Shown one piece after another: positions 8,786 to 16,643 of a stretch of DNA of 64,000 bases. Every line of letters starts with the position of its first letter. Within the stretch, counting starts at the first letter, position 1. This DNA comes from a virus (lineage: Duplodnaviria > Caudoviricetes): positions 10,757 through 74,756 of the IMG/VR virus record IMGVR_UViG_3300032272_000007; one strand, 5' to 3'. The notes beneath the pieces were generated by a model that ran no database searches, was not told the DNA's origin, and was given only the letters and a program-made list of their open reading frames with translations. Both the position numbers and the translations under genes were made by a program.

Positions 8786-9527
8786 CTGTAATCACCCTAA
8801 ATTCAACAACCCACACCCAAGGATTCTCGTCCCATGAGTCATTACCGTTGATTGAGTCCCATAAGGATTGGAATGAAGTAGCAGGATTACTAAATGATGT
8901 CCAACCAGCATAATTTGTCCATGTGTCGGGGTGTCCTCCAGTTTTAATTCTCTCAATTCCTTCCCGTTTAGCGTCCTGCCGCGAGATCTCATTCAATCTT
9001 TCCACCCTACAATCAATTACATCCAACCTGAGCCTACATAAGTACTTAGCCATGTGTATTGATGGCTTCCACTTAACCATATCCCAGTTCCAGTCTTTGG
9101 TGTCGAGCTTCATTCCGAGAGTCTGGCCATCGTAGTGATAAGCCTCCTCTGTGCCATAGGCGATAACCTCAGACTTTCCAAGAAAGTCAGTCACCATGTG
9201 ACCTGCTTCCGCCCACTTCTCTCTAACCCATAGCGTGTCATCTGGACGAGCATACCAGTCTGGAAATGCTAGTCCAGCTCCAGCTCCAGTAGTGTGGAGC
9301 TGTTTCAATCCTTTACTAGATAATTTTCCAAGGTCTCCAGTAAACTCTTCCAATGGCATTGGGAATGTATTGGGGATTGCCTCAGGCTGGGGCTTGATAA
9401 GCCTGCGTGTCTGAGTCTTTTGTCCTGAGAGGATAGCCTTGACCATCTCAGGTTTGAATAGTATTGGCTTATCCACGTCTCGTGCGTCTGAGGAAATAGA
9501 TAACCAATGCAGTAACAATGGCAACAA
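8778..9527 (-). CDS. ASCH/PUA-like phage protein (start may be later)
   Basis: KPILFKPEMVKAILSGQKTQTRR...WKPSIHM...RVERLNEIS..DAKREG...NPWVWVVEF, a common phage ASCH-like family. Confidence 0.75.
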   Translation of the reverse strand: MLPLLLHWLSISSDARDVDKPILFKPEMVKAILSGQKTQTRRLIKPQPEAIPNTFPMPLEEFTGDLGKLSSKGLKQLHTTGAGAGLAFPDWYARPDDTLWVREKWAEAGHMVTDFLGKSEVIAYGTEEAYHYDGQTLGMKLDTKDWNWDMVKWKPSIHMAKYLCRLRLDVIDCRVERLNEISRQDAKREGIERIKTGGHPDTWTNYAGWTSFSNPATSFQSLWDSINGNDSWDENPWVWVVEFRVITDA

Positions 9528-9547
9528 GACTCCACTTAAGTGCTTTC

Positions 9548-9748
9548 TTAGCTCTCATGATTGCCCTCCTTTCCGAATAGTATTACTTGATGGACTGTAC
9601 CCTTGGCGAATAGCCCTGAATCTATTGTCTTGAGTTCTGATTTGTTTTTCCCTGTCTTGAGGCCATGAGGGCGCTCATTGTGGGATGTGACCAGAGCCCT
9701 ATCTTCGGCGCTCATCTTGCTAGTACTTGTTTTCTTGAATAGTTCCAT
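9548..9748 (-). CDS. Hypothetical early protein
   Basis: ORF preceded by two AACTTCAAAC boxes. Confidence 0.55.
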   Translation of the reverse strand: MELFKKTSTSKMSAEDRALVTSHNERPHGLKTGKNKSELKTIDSGLFAKGTVHQVILFGKEGNHES

Positions 9749-9785
9749 AATGTTTGAAGTTTAGTTTGAAGTTACGTAAAGTAAA

Positions 9786-10016
9786 CTAAAGTTTACTTAA
9801 AATCCAAATAATGGGTATTGACTTTATCTGGAACCATCTTTTGGGCTTCCATTTAGACAAGTATCTTACTCGTACAGTGTTTTTGTCAATTTTCCTTATT
9901 ACAATGGCCTCACGGATATGTGGGTAACAGAATGCCGGAATTGTACGAAATGGAAATGGAAATATGATGTCTCCCTCTTTGTACATTCCAGCTGGACGAT
10001 AAGTAATTACTTTCAT
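9786..10016 (-). CDS. Hypothetical protein, paralogue of 10013-10303
   Basis: Shared MxVIxY...LSKW...RWFQI...SIPIxWIL pattern. Confidence 0.6.
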   Translation of the reverse strand: MKVITYRPAGMYKEGDIIFPFPFRTIPAFCYPHIREAIVIRKIDKNTVRVRYLSKWKPKRWFQIKSIPIIWILSKL

Positions 10017-10303
10017 ATTTCTGTTATGTTAAAGTTTACTTTTAGAATCCAAAGAATGGGTATTGAGCTCAATAGCATCATTATCAAAGCAATGATGAAA
10101 ACGATCATTATCGGCCTGCTCCGCACCCAGTTGATTTGAAACCATCGGGAGAGCCTCCACTTGGAGAGTTTCCATACCTTGAGGGTGCAATCATCAACAA
10201 ATCCAGTGATTACGCCCTTTTGATCCTCCTTATTGAGTCGGTACATTATGATGATCTCCCCTTTATTCCATATTCCTACGGTTGTGTAGCTAATTACTCT
10301 CAT
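10013..10303 (-). CDS. Hypothetical membrane protein, paralogue of 9786-10016
   Basis: Start MRVISY at 10303; C-terminal hydrophobic helix. Confidence 0.6.
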   Translation of the reverse strand: MRVISYTTVGIWNKGEIIIMYRLNKEDQKGVITGFVDDCTLKVWKLSKWRLSRWFQINWVRSRPIMIVFIIALIMMLLSSIPILWILKVNFNITEI

Positions 10304-10491
10304 ATTTCTGTGATGTAAAATTTTGTGACTGGCCACTGACTAGAATAATGATCAGCACTCCATATCCTCATCGCTCTGAGTAGTGCCTGCCACTTGGTTG
10401 GTGCCTCCACCTGCAATACGGTGGATCTACCCTCTGACTCAACCTTAGACTCTGACTTGAGCTGAACCGTGTACTTTTTGTTTGTTTCCAT
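10300..10491 (-). CDS. Hypothetical protein
   Basis: Start METNKKY; ATGA overlap with the next gene. Confidence 0.5.
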   Translation of the reverse strand: METNKKYTVQLKSESKVESEGRSTVLQVEAPTKWQALLRAMRIWSADHYSSQWPVTKFYITEI

Positions 10492-10591
10492 AGTGTTAAA
10501 TTTAACCATTGATCAGGTTGTGGGTGCTTGTTTGAATATAATGCGTTCGTCTTAGTTAAGCCCTCCCCCAGAGAGGAGGAGGGACAATGAA

Positions 10592-10762
10592 TTAATGATT
10601 GAATGCTGCGTAATTGGATTGTCGCTTCTCATACGAGCAATAGGGCTTACCTGGCTTTACCTTGCCAGTGTGCTTTGACCTGCTTGCTGTTGAGTAACCA
10701 GTCCTTGCACAGGATCCTAGAGTGATGATGGCTATCAAAGCCAAAAAGATTGATCTTTTCAT
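10592..10762 (-). CDS. Small lipoprotein (56 aa)
   Basis: Hand translation MKRSIFLALIAIITLGSCARTGY...; lipobox LGSC; preceded by the ACTTCAAAC box. Confidence 0.65.
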   Translation of the reverse strand: MKRSIFLALIAIITLGSCARTGYSTASRSKHTGKVKPGKPYCSYEKRQSNYAAFNH

Positions 10763-10786
10763 AATGTAACGTTTGAAGTTTGAAGT

Positions 10787-10815
10787 AAAAAAATGGTAGC
10801 CCTACTTAGGCTACC
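10787..10815 (-). terminator. Rho-independent terminator
   Basis: GGTAGCC/GGCTACC stem followed by a U-tract on the minus strand. Confidence 0.6.
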
Positions 10816-11012
10816 GATTGAATCTTGTTGTCGAAGAAGATAGGAACGTCAATTGCTCTGACGGCCTCATTAAAATCATCCTCAGCTTTCTGCCATTTCT
10901 CAGCATTAGCTTGAGAAGGATCTGTCATGAACTGTTGTTCGAGATCCTTCATGATTTGCTCCTTAATTTGGAGTTTGCCAGTGTTGGCTTCTATTTGAAT
11001 TACTGTGTCCAT
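10806..11012 (-). CDS. Hypothetical early protein
   Basis: Start MDTVIQ at 11012 after an ACTTCAAAC box. Confidence 0.55.
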   Translation of the reverse strand: MDTVIQIEANTGKLQIKEQIMKDLEQQFMTDPSQANAEKWQKAEDDFNEAVRAIDVPIFFDNKIQSVA

Positions 11013-11090
11013 AATACTGCGTTTTGTTTGAAGTTGATTGTAAGATACACAAACTTTACTAATAAGCAAATTAATGGTACTTTGAGCATA

Positions 11091-11122
11091 AAAAAAGGAC
11101 TCCCCACTTTTGGAGAGTCCCC
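11091..11122 (-). terminator. Rho-independent terminator
   Basis: GGACTC.CC/GGAGAGTCC stem with an A-run on the plus strand. Confidence 0.55.
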
Positions 11123-11177
11123 TTCATTAAGCACTAGCACCAGCCAGTCGGCTAGTTTCTTCTGAGAATGTATTGCA

Positions 11178-11630
11178 TTACAGTATCTTGTTTTCTTGTG
11201 AGTAGGAGAAGTAACCATCTCTAGTCAAAATTAAATGGTCAAGCAACTCTATGTCCAGCACTTTACCCGCATCTAGTATTTTTTGGGTCATCACATCATC
11301 TTGGTGACTGGATCTTAAATTGCCGCTCGGATGATTGTGCGCTAGAATTATATTGTGAGCATTCGACTTTAAAGCAGCCTGATAGATGATTTTAGCATCA
11401 ACAACCGCAGCTGACGTTCCACCCTCGCAAACCTTCACAACTCCCAGAACGTCATTAGATCGGTTCATGAGTAATAAGTAGACAACTTCCCTGTACTCCA
11501 TCTCCTGTTCGAAGAATGGTCGGAGTATTTTGACGGCTGATGAGCTATTTGTTATCCTAAGTCTGTCGGCGGCTTTAACCGTTGTTGAGTAGGTGACTTT
11601 CACCTCTGCAACCATTGATAAATCGGTCAT
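11178..11630 (-). CDS. radC: RadC-like JAB-domain protein (UPF0758)
   Basis: EVVYLLLMNRSN...GGTSAAVVD...ILAHNHPSG...D...LLDHLIL. Confidence 0.9.
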   Translation of the reverse strand: MTDLSMVAEVKVTYSTTVKAADRLRITNSSSAVKILRPFFEQEMEYREVVYLLLMNRSNDVLGVVKVCEGGTSAAVVDAKIIYQAALKSNAHNIILAHNHPSGNLRSSHQDDVMTQKILDAGKVLDIELLDHLILTRDGYFSYSQENKIL

Positions 11631-11890
11631 TCCGCCTGAGCTGATGGAACAACAGTGAATAGAAAGATGGACGGCTTATAGGGCTGGCCGTGTAGGTCGC
11701 TAACTCCTCTGAGTTGTGACGGCTGTACCTCAACCAGAACTGCCTTAGTTCCGTGTGATGAGAATTTGTTACACTCTCTTTTGGCATCACTGGTATTGAA
11801 TATTGCAGCGCTGGATGCAATGTGCACTTTGTAGTCATCCCCATTGTAGTGGATCGTTTCGGGTAAACTTGCTCGTTTGAAGGTTTTCAT
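11627..11890 (-). CDS. Hypothetical early protein
   Basis: ORF with ACTTCAAAC box. Confidence 0.55.
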   Translation of the reverse strand: MKTFKRASLPETIHYNGDDYKVHIASSAAIFNTSDAKRECNKFSSHGTKAVLVEVQPSQLRGVSDLHGQPYKPSIFLFTVVPSAQAE

Positions 11891-11977
11891 AATTTGCTAG
11901 TGTTTGAAGTTTGAAAAAAAGGGGTCTCAGTCACCGTCATGGCTTTGCCGTCGTGGTCGAGGCACCCCTAAAAGTCT

Positions 11978-12244
11978 TTAGATTAGTGCTTTTTGATCTG
12001 TTGAACAATAGAATAGGTGGAATTGGATATATCTGCACTTCTGGTTTATGATCATCATCCGAATAATGTTCTCTCGATTGAGATATTCCAGTTTTCTATC
12101 CGACCAGTAGAGCCGCATAAACTCTTTTTTGCCCTCTCCGTCCTTGAATTTGAAGTACTCCATATTATCTTCATCAGCTTCCAGTTTCTCAAAATGGTGC
12201 TTGTACATCCGCTTGACATCTCGGTTTAATTCTTTGGTAGTCAT
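11978..12244 (-). CDS. Hypothetical early protein
   Basis: ORF coupled to the upstream gene. Confidence 0.55.
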   Translation of the reverse strand: MTTKELNRDVKRMYKHHFEKLEADEDNMEYFKFKDGEGKKEFMRLYWSDRKLEYLNRENIIRMMIINQKCRYIQFHLFYCSTDQKALI

Positions 12245-12465
12245 ATCAAATCTCCGTTTTGGTCAAAACTACCCATAACCTCCGCCTGAGTGGAGGACAG
12301 GATGTTATAGGGATCGTGTAGAACTAGGGTGTTCTTGTGACTAAGCGAAGAGTTAGCTCTTAACAGAGTCTCGTTGCTAACGCCCATAGGACAGCCGATT
12401 GATATTAGATAGTCGATGCATTGACCGATTGTTGGGAATGATTCTAAATAGTGTATTCCTTTCAT
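12241..12465 (-). CDS. Hypothetical early protein
   Basis: ORF in the operon. Confidence 0.5.
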   Translation of the reverse strand: MKGIHYLESFPTIGQCIDYLISIGCPMGVSNETLLRANSSLSHKNTLVLHDPYNILSSTQAEVMGSFDQNGDLI

Positions 12466-12468
12466 AAT

Positions 12469-12669
12469 TTAGTTGTTTGAGGGTTTGAAATATTTGGCTG
12501 CGGAAAATTGCTTTGTAAACACCACCATAGAAGTAGAGCTATCTGGAAATGAATTGACCAATCGTCTCGCCTCATTTAATGTTAGGCCACGTTCAATAAC
12601 TTGCCGTCTGTCTGAGATCCGAAAGACTCGGACTACTTTATAGGTTCCTGTGTATGTTAAATCTTCCAT
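12469..12669 (-). CDS. Hypothetical early protein, first gene behind the promoter at 12697-12704
   Basis: ORF; TATCTTTG on the minus strand upstream. Confidence 0.6.
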   Translation of the reverse strand: MEDLTYTGTYKVVRVFRISDRRQVIERGLTLNEARRLVNSFPDSSTSMVVFTKQFSAAKYFKPSNN

Positions 12670-12829
12670 AATGCTGTGTTTAGTTTAAAGATACCCAAAG
12701 ATAACATTAGTTTACTTAAAGTCAAGTATTATCAAGTTTATTTTGATTATGTTGGTGAATTCGTCCTAATTGGCTATCATTGGAATTGGTTAGGTTAAAT
12801 AGATCGGCTTGATAAACCGATCGACATGG

Positions 12830-12862
12830 AGAGCTCATCACAAAATGGTGGGCTCTTTTTTT
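12830..12862 (+). terminator. Rho-independent terminator on the plus strand (no upstream CDS)
   Basis: AGAGCTCATCA-CAAAA-TGGTGGGCTCT followed by a T-run. Confidence 0.6.
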
Positions 12863-12997
12863 AAGACACTTTCAATGTAGCGCCATTGAGTATTGACGGT
12901 TATTTAGGTAGGTAGCGCCCTCGAAGCATCCTAAATCACCGTCCAATAAGAAGAGATTGCCAATTTTAAAGACTTCGCTACCTTGGACCCATCGGAT

Positions 12998-13522
12998 TCA
13001 TTTCGGTGGGTTTTTTCGATTTCGCTTCTTACGCTTCTTAGCCTGCATCTTTTCGAGCCTTTCACGTTCTGGTCGCCTAAGACCAGTGTCGAAATGAAGC
13101 AAGGAGAAAGCATAAGGAGACATAACAGGATTGTAGTTGCAAATTCTACTCTCAACTGCATTCTTCAAACATCGAACATAATAGCCTACAATGCTCTTCC
13201 CGCTACTCTGAATGCAGTATTTGTCTATCTCATAGGCTTTCTGATTCAAAAAAAAAGCAACATTCCCCTTCGCAAGTAATCGCTTCGACGCGATCCTAGA
13301 AATATCAACGCTGTAACCAGTATATTCAGTAACCAGATAAACAGTAAAATAACCCCCATAGTCTTCACAAATAGTGTTTATAGCCAAAAGACATGTCAAA
13401 TCCGAAACAGTGAAACCATCATATCTCTTCATTGTCTCTGTTAATGCCAAACGATGCAAACTACCTATTTCAGCAATCTGAGATGTCCTGGTCTTTCTCC
13501 ATTCAGGTTTCTTATTCTCCAT
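12998..13522 (-). CDS. Putative MarR-like winged-helix DNA-binding protein
   Basis: FTVSDLTCLLAI...FTVYLVTEYTGYS...SKRLLAKG...YCIQSSGKSIV pattern; basic C-tail. Confidence 0.45.
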   Translation of the reverse strand: MENKKPEWRKTRTSQIAEIGSLHRLALTETMKRYDGFTVSDLTCLLAINTICEDYGGYFTVYLVTEYTGYSVDISRIASKRLLAKGNVAFFLNQKAYEIDKYCIQSSGKSIVGYYVRCLKNAVESRICNYNPVMSPYAFSLLHFDTGLRRPERERLEKMQAKKRKKRNRKNPPK

Positions 13523-14244
13523 GTGTTTCTTTCTTGTCTGGTCTAATCAATGGGTTTTCGTTACTACAAACCTACACACACACGCCCAGACACGCATTAC
13601 AGGCCTCATTTGCAGCTCAATTGGATTGATCATAGAAATGGTGAGAAGATCCTCGGGGATTGACGCAAGGGAATTGCACTGATCTAAGTTTCATGTACCA
13701 TCGAGTGTACCATGATGGTCAATTGTAGCGATTAGAGGCTGTTTAGGGCTATTCTAGGTTAACTTTCTGTTAATGGAGGCTATCAATGCACCCATACAGG
13801 CCCATTATAATGGCTGGAATCGGTGACCCCCTACCCCCTAAATGGATCCGTTTTCCCTTTGGGGAATTGGCAGGGGGATGGTATGTAGAAGCGACAAGTG
13901 ATCATTTACATTCTCAAAATTTTTTTTCAATATTTTTTTTGGGAGATTTGGGTTTATGTACTACTGTATACTGAAAGATGAGAATGGTCTGGAGACTAAG
14001 ATTACCGGGAGGGATGATCGTCCTGATTTGGTTCCTAGTTATTATGCTGGTGTCCTGGTGAATAGGACTTGTGAGAAATAGGGTCGAATTCGAATTGATG
14101 TTGCGAAAGGGGGTGATGTCGAAGTGTGTGTTTGCCAAATAGGTCGAATTGTTTATCCTTTGGTTTCTTGGCTGGGGTCCTCTCGCTTTGCTCGGGAAGA
14201 CGAGCGGGACGTGGATTTGTCGGGTCGAAGTGTATCTTTGAGAA

Positions 14245-14460
14245 ATGATGAACTTTGTAGTTGTTGGATCTAATGCCAGGCCTAGCGAATCCCGGCTATC
14301 GCTGGAGGAGCTGCTTACGCTGCCAACGAAAACCATCAAGTTGCGTCGAAGGAAGCTCAATCGAAAGGCTCTCATGGTGAAATCGTGGGAAAACACCTCC
14401 CCGTACTGGCTCAAGTACGAAAGCGCACGTTTGCGCCTCTATGGTAGATACGAAAATTAG
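14245..14460 (+). CDS. Small basic hypothetical protein (possibly leaderless)
   Basis: TATCTTTG ends 4 nt before the ATG. Confidence 0.4.
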   Translation: MMNFVVVGSNARPSESRLSLEELLTLPTKTIKLRRRKLNRKALMVKSWENTSPYWLKYESARLRLYGRYEN

Positions 14461-14606
14461 CGCCGAAATGAATACCTTTGAGAAATATAAGGTGATCAGG
14501 GAGAAATGTTGCGCTTTGTGGAGGTGCACCGAAGCAAAGAATTGCGGTATAACAAAAAGCGACAGGAGACCGACTCTCCCTGATCATCTTATTAACTTTG
14601 AAATTT

Positions 14607-14915
14607 TTATTCTTCATAAATACTCTTGATTTCGGTGACGAACGGCTCTTCTTTCAATTCACCATCCTCATTAACATGCTTTGGCCTTTCACCTGGCGCG
14701 AACGATACATGACCCCTGAACTCGAGAGCTCCGTACTCATACACTGAATTGAAGCCGAAAAACGTACATACCCTCTTCGCGTGGGTTTCATAGTCCTCAT
14801 TCTTCTTGAAAAAGCCGATTTTGATCATCTCTTCAATGTCGAAGTGCTCTTCCATAAAGTCCTTGAGGAGGGTTTCTTTGTCAGTCATTTCAGGTAGTAA
14901 AAAATCTGATACCAC
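14607..14915 (-). CDS. Hypothetical protein
   Basis: Natural-looking acidic ORF. Confidence 0.55.
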   Translation of the reverse strand: MVSDFLLPEMTDKETLLKDFMEEHFDIEEMIKIGFFKKNEDYETHAKRVCTFFGFNSVYEYGALEFRGHVSFAPGERPKHVNEDGELKEEPFVTEIKSIYEE

Positions 14916-15173
14916 ATTAGATTCTGGTCGAATGTGATTGATACTATGTCAATATCGGCCATCTTCTCATCGTTGACAAAATTCAGCACATCAATGGCCT
15001 CAAATGCGCGTTGGTCGTATAGTCGTCTCCTTTTCATGATTCACCTTCTTTAATTGACTCCAGTCCGCTTGAAATTCTTTGTAAAACTGTTTTTGCCACA
15101 TCTTCGAGACCGCTGGGGTAAGAGCTCTGGACACCGAAGCCCAGATCTCTCATAGTATCAATATTGATTTTTT

Positions 15174-15356
15174 TCATTTTCCCGTCATTTTCTTCTTGAA
15201 TTCCATCAGCTTGTCAACAGCATCCAGCTCCAGGCTTACTACTGGAGGGTTGTTGTGGTCATTTACCATTAATTCAATCGAAAACCCAGTAAAATGGGCG
15301 TATGCTCCGTCTCCAAGATGGACGGAGTTGGTTTCGTCTCTCATTCTTCGAACCAA
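15174..15356 (-). CDS. Hypothetical protein
   Basis: ORF with VHLGDGAYAHF motif. Confidence 0.5.
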   Translation of the reverse strand: MVRRMRDETNSVHLGDGAYAHFTGFSIELMVNDHNNPPVVSLELDAVDKLMEFKKKMTGK

Positions 15357-15790
15357 GATACGTTATCAATAAATTCAACCGAACATCCTCCTGAAATACA
15401 ATCAAGATCGATTGTGGCTATCTCCGTATAACCATCATTGGATCTTATGTAGGCATAAATGATAAGTTTCCCTGAATCGATCCCGTCAATATCAGCTGTT
15501 ATGCTCGTGGATCCATCGGGTAGGATTCTTCCAGAAAGGGTTACATCACCGATTTCGTCAGGGGTATTCAATGCATCTGAAAATACTACTGCAGAAAACT
15601 GATTGCTGTACCTTTCTGATATATTGATCAGTCCAATACCGATCGCGGAATCAGAAGGTCCGGAATCTGGGGTGATCAACGCAATGTTGTATCCATAGAT
15701 AGGACCAGGTAACTCAGGCCCATTGTCACAAGAAAAAAGAGTTGTGGCTAATAAAGCCAGTAGAAGTACTGTTGTTTTGAAAGATTTCAT
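15341..15790 (-). CDS. Lipoprotein
   Basis: MKSFKTTVLLLALLATTLFSC lipobox; start at 15790. Confidence 0.75.
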   Translation of the reverse strand: MKSFKTTVLLLALLATTLFSCDNGPELPGPIYGYNIALITPDSGPSDSAIGIGLINISERYSNQFSAVVFSDALNTPDEIGDVTLSGRILPDGSTSITADIDGIDSGKLIIYAYIRSNDGYTEIATIDLDCISGGCSVEFIDNVSWFEE

Positions 15791-15841
15791 AATTTTATGT
15801 TTAAAGTTTATGAGGTTAAATATAGTTTGGTTTATTGATAT

Positions 15842-15857
15842 AATCAAATTATATTTG
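15842..15857 (+). promoter_or_regulatory. Promoter (-7 element TATATTTG) for the tRNA-Met/ncRNA transcript
   Basis: TATATTTG at 15850-15857; identical 16-mer at 20368-20383. Confidence 0.6.
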
Positions 15858-15873
15858 ATTTAAGTAAGTATAT

Positions 15874-15946
15874 AGCGCTGTAGAGCAGATGGTAGCTCGC
15901 TAGGCTCATAACCTAGAGGTCGCCGGTTCGAGTCCGGCTGGCGCTA
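15874..15946 (+). tRNA. trnM: tRNA-Met (CAT), initiator-like; CCA not encoded
   Basis: Cloverleaf AGCGCTG/TGGCGCT, D-stem GAGC/GCTC, anticodon stem CTAGG/CCTAG with loop CTCATAA, T-arm GCCGG-TTCGAGT-CCGGC. Confidence 0.93.
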
Positions 15947-15949
15947 CAT

Positions 15950-16236
15950 AAACCAGAGAAGGGGGATGTAAGACGTGCACAGCATCCCCCGCAGAAATCA
16001 AAGGCGGAACGAACGCCAATGGGACAGCGGACATTGAATAACCATTGGAACTGAGATTTCCTAGCCACCGAAAGGTGTTTAAGCCGACTGAATCAAATCA
16101 ATTAGATGATATGCCCCTATCCGCTGGGGGGCTTTGTTGAGAGATTCGAAGACAACCATTTGTAAGACAGGCCAGACGTAGAGCTGGTATCTCGATTAAC
16201 AATAGAAAAGGGGCAGTATATCTGCCCCTTATTTCT
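15950..16236 (+). ncRNA. Candidate structured non-coding RNA downstream of tRNA-Met
   Basis: No ORF; several GC-rich stems, a CACC-GAAA-GGTG tetraloop hairpin, potential loop-loop pairing, ends in a terminator. Confidence 0.5.
16208..16236. terminator. Probably bidirectional terminator
   Basis: AAGGGGCAG-TATAT-CTGCCCCTT between convergent transcripts. Confidence 0.7.
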
Positions 16237-16283
16237 TCCCAAACTGGGTATTTACTTTCCGAACGACCTTTATTTTTTCATAG

Positions 16284-16643
16284 CTATTTCTGGTATGTTC
16301 CTTCTACATCTCGGCTTTTCCGATCAATCTGGCGCTGCAGTAGCCATTGTTGCGCCTCCTGGAGCTTAGTGATCACCAATGCACCTTCACGGCTAGGCAC
16401 TAGTCCGTTTTTGTATTGAAGGTCATGGATCATTACAGCAAGTAGGTGCTCGTGTAGCGTTCCTTCACGTTTTTCTACCTCCTCCTCATTTACTTTGGAT
16501 CCACGGACGAAATTTAGCCGTTGTTGCGCCGCTGGATCTTCCACATATTCAAGGCCTTTTCCATCCACTACTCTGTAGACTGGAAGTAAGTAAGACGTTC
16601 CTTCTTCGAGAATTTCGAAGTCATTTTTCAAATCGATTTCCAT
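16284..16643 (-). CDS. tad1: Tad1-like (Thoeris anti-defence 1) nucleotide-sponge protein
   Basis: LNFVRG...GTLHEHLLAVMIHDL...SREGALVITKLQEAQQWLLQRQIDRKSRDVEGTYQK matches the Tad1 C-terminal hairpin pattern as I recall it. Confidence 0.7.
   Translation of the reverse strand: MEIDLKNDFEILEEGTSYLLPVYRVVDGKGLEYVEDPAAQQRLNFVRGSKVNEEEVEKREGTLHEHLLAVMIHDLQYKNGLVPSREGALVITKLQEAQQWLLQRQIDRKSRDVEGTYQK

Noticed and set aside
13914-14414. 166-aa minus-strand ORF in the track
   Set aside because: Ser/Arg/Ile-skewed composition, no start context; likely a product of the G/T-skewed non-coding DNA and antisense to 14245-14460
15947-16000. Theta (HDV-like) ribozyme at the tRNA 3' end
   Set aside because: The first stem starts about 15 nt after the tRNA and encloses only 14 nt, too few for P2, P3 and L3; tmRNA, RNase P and hammerhead consensus motifs were also not found
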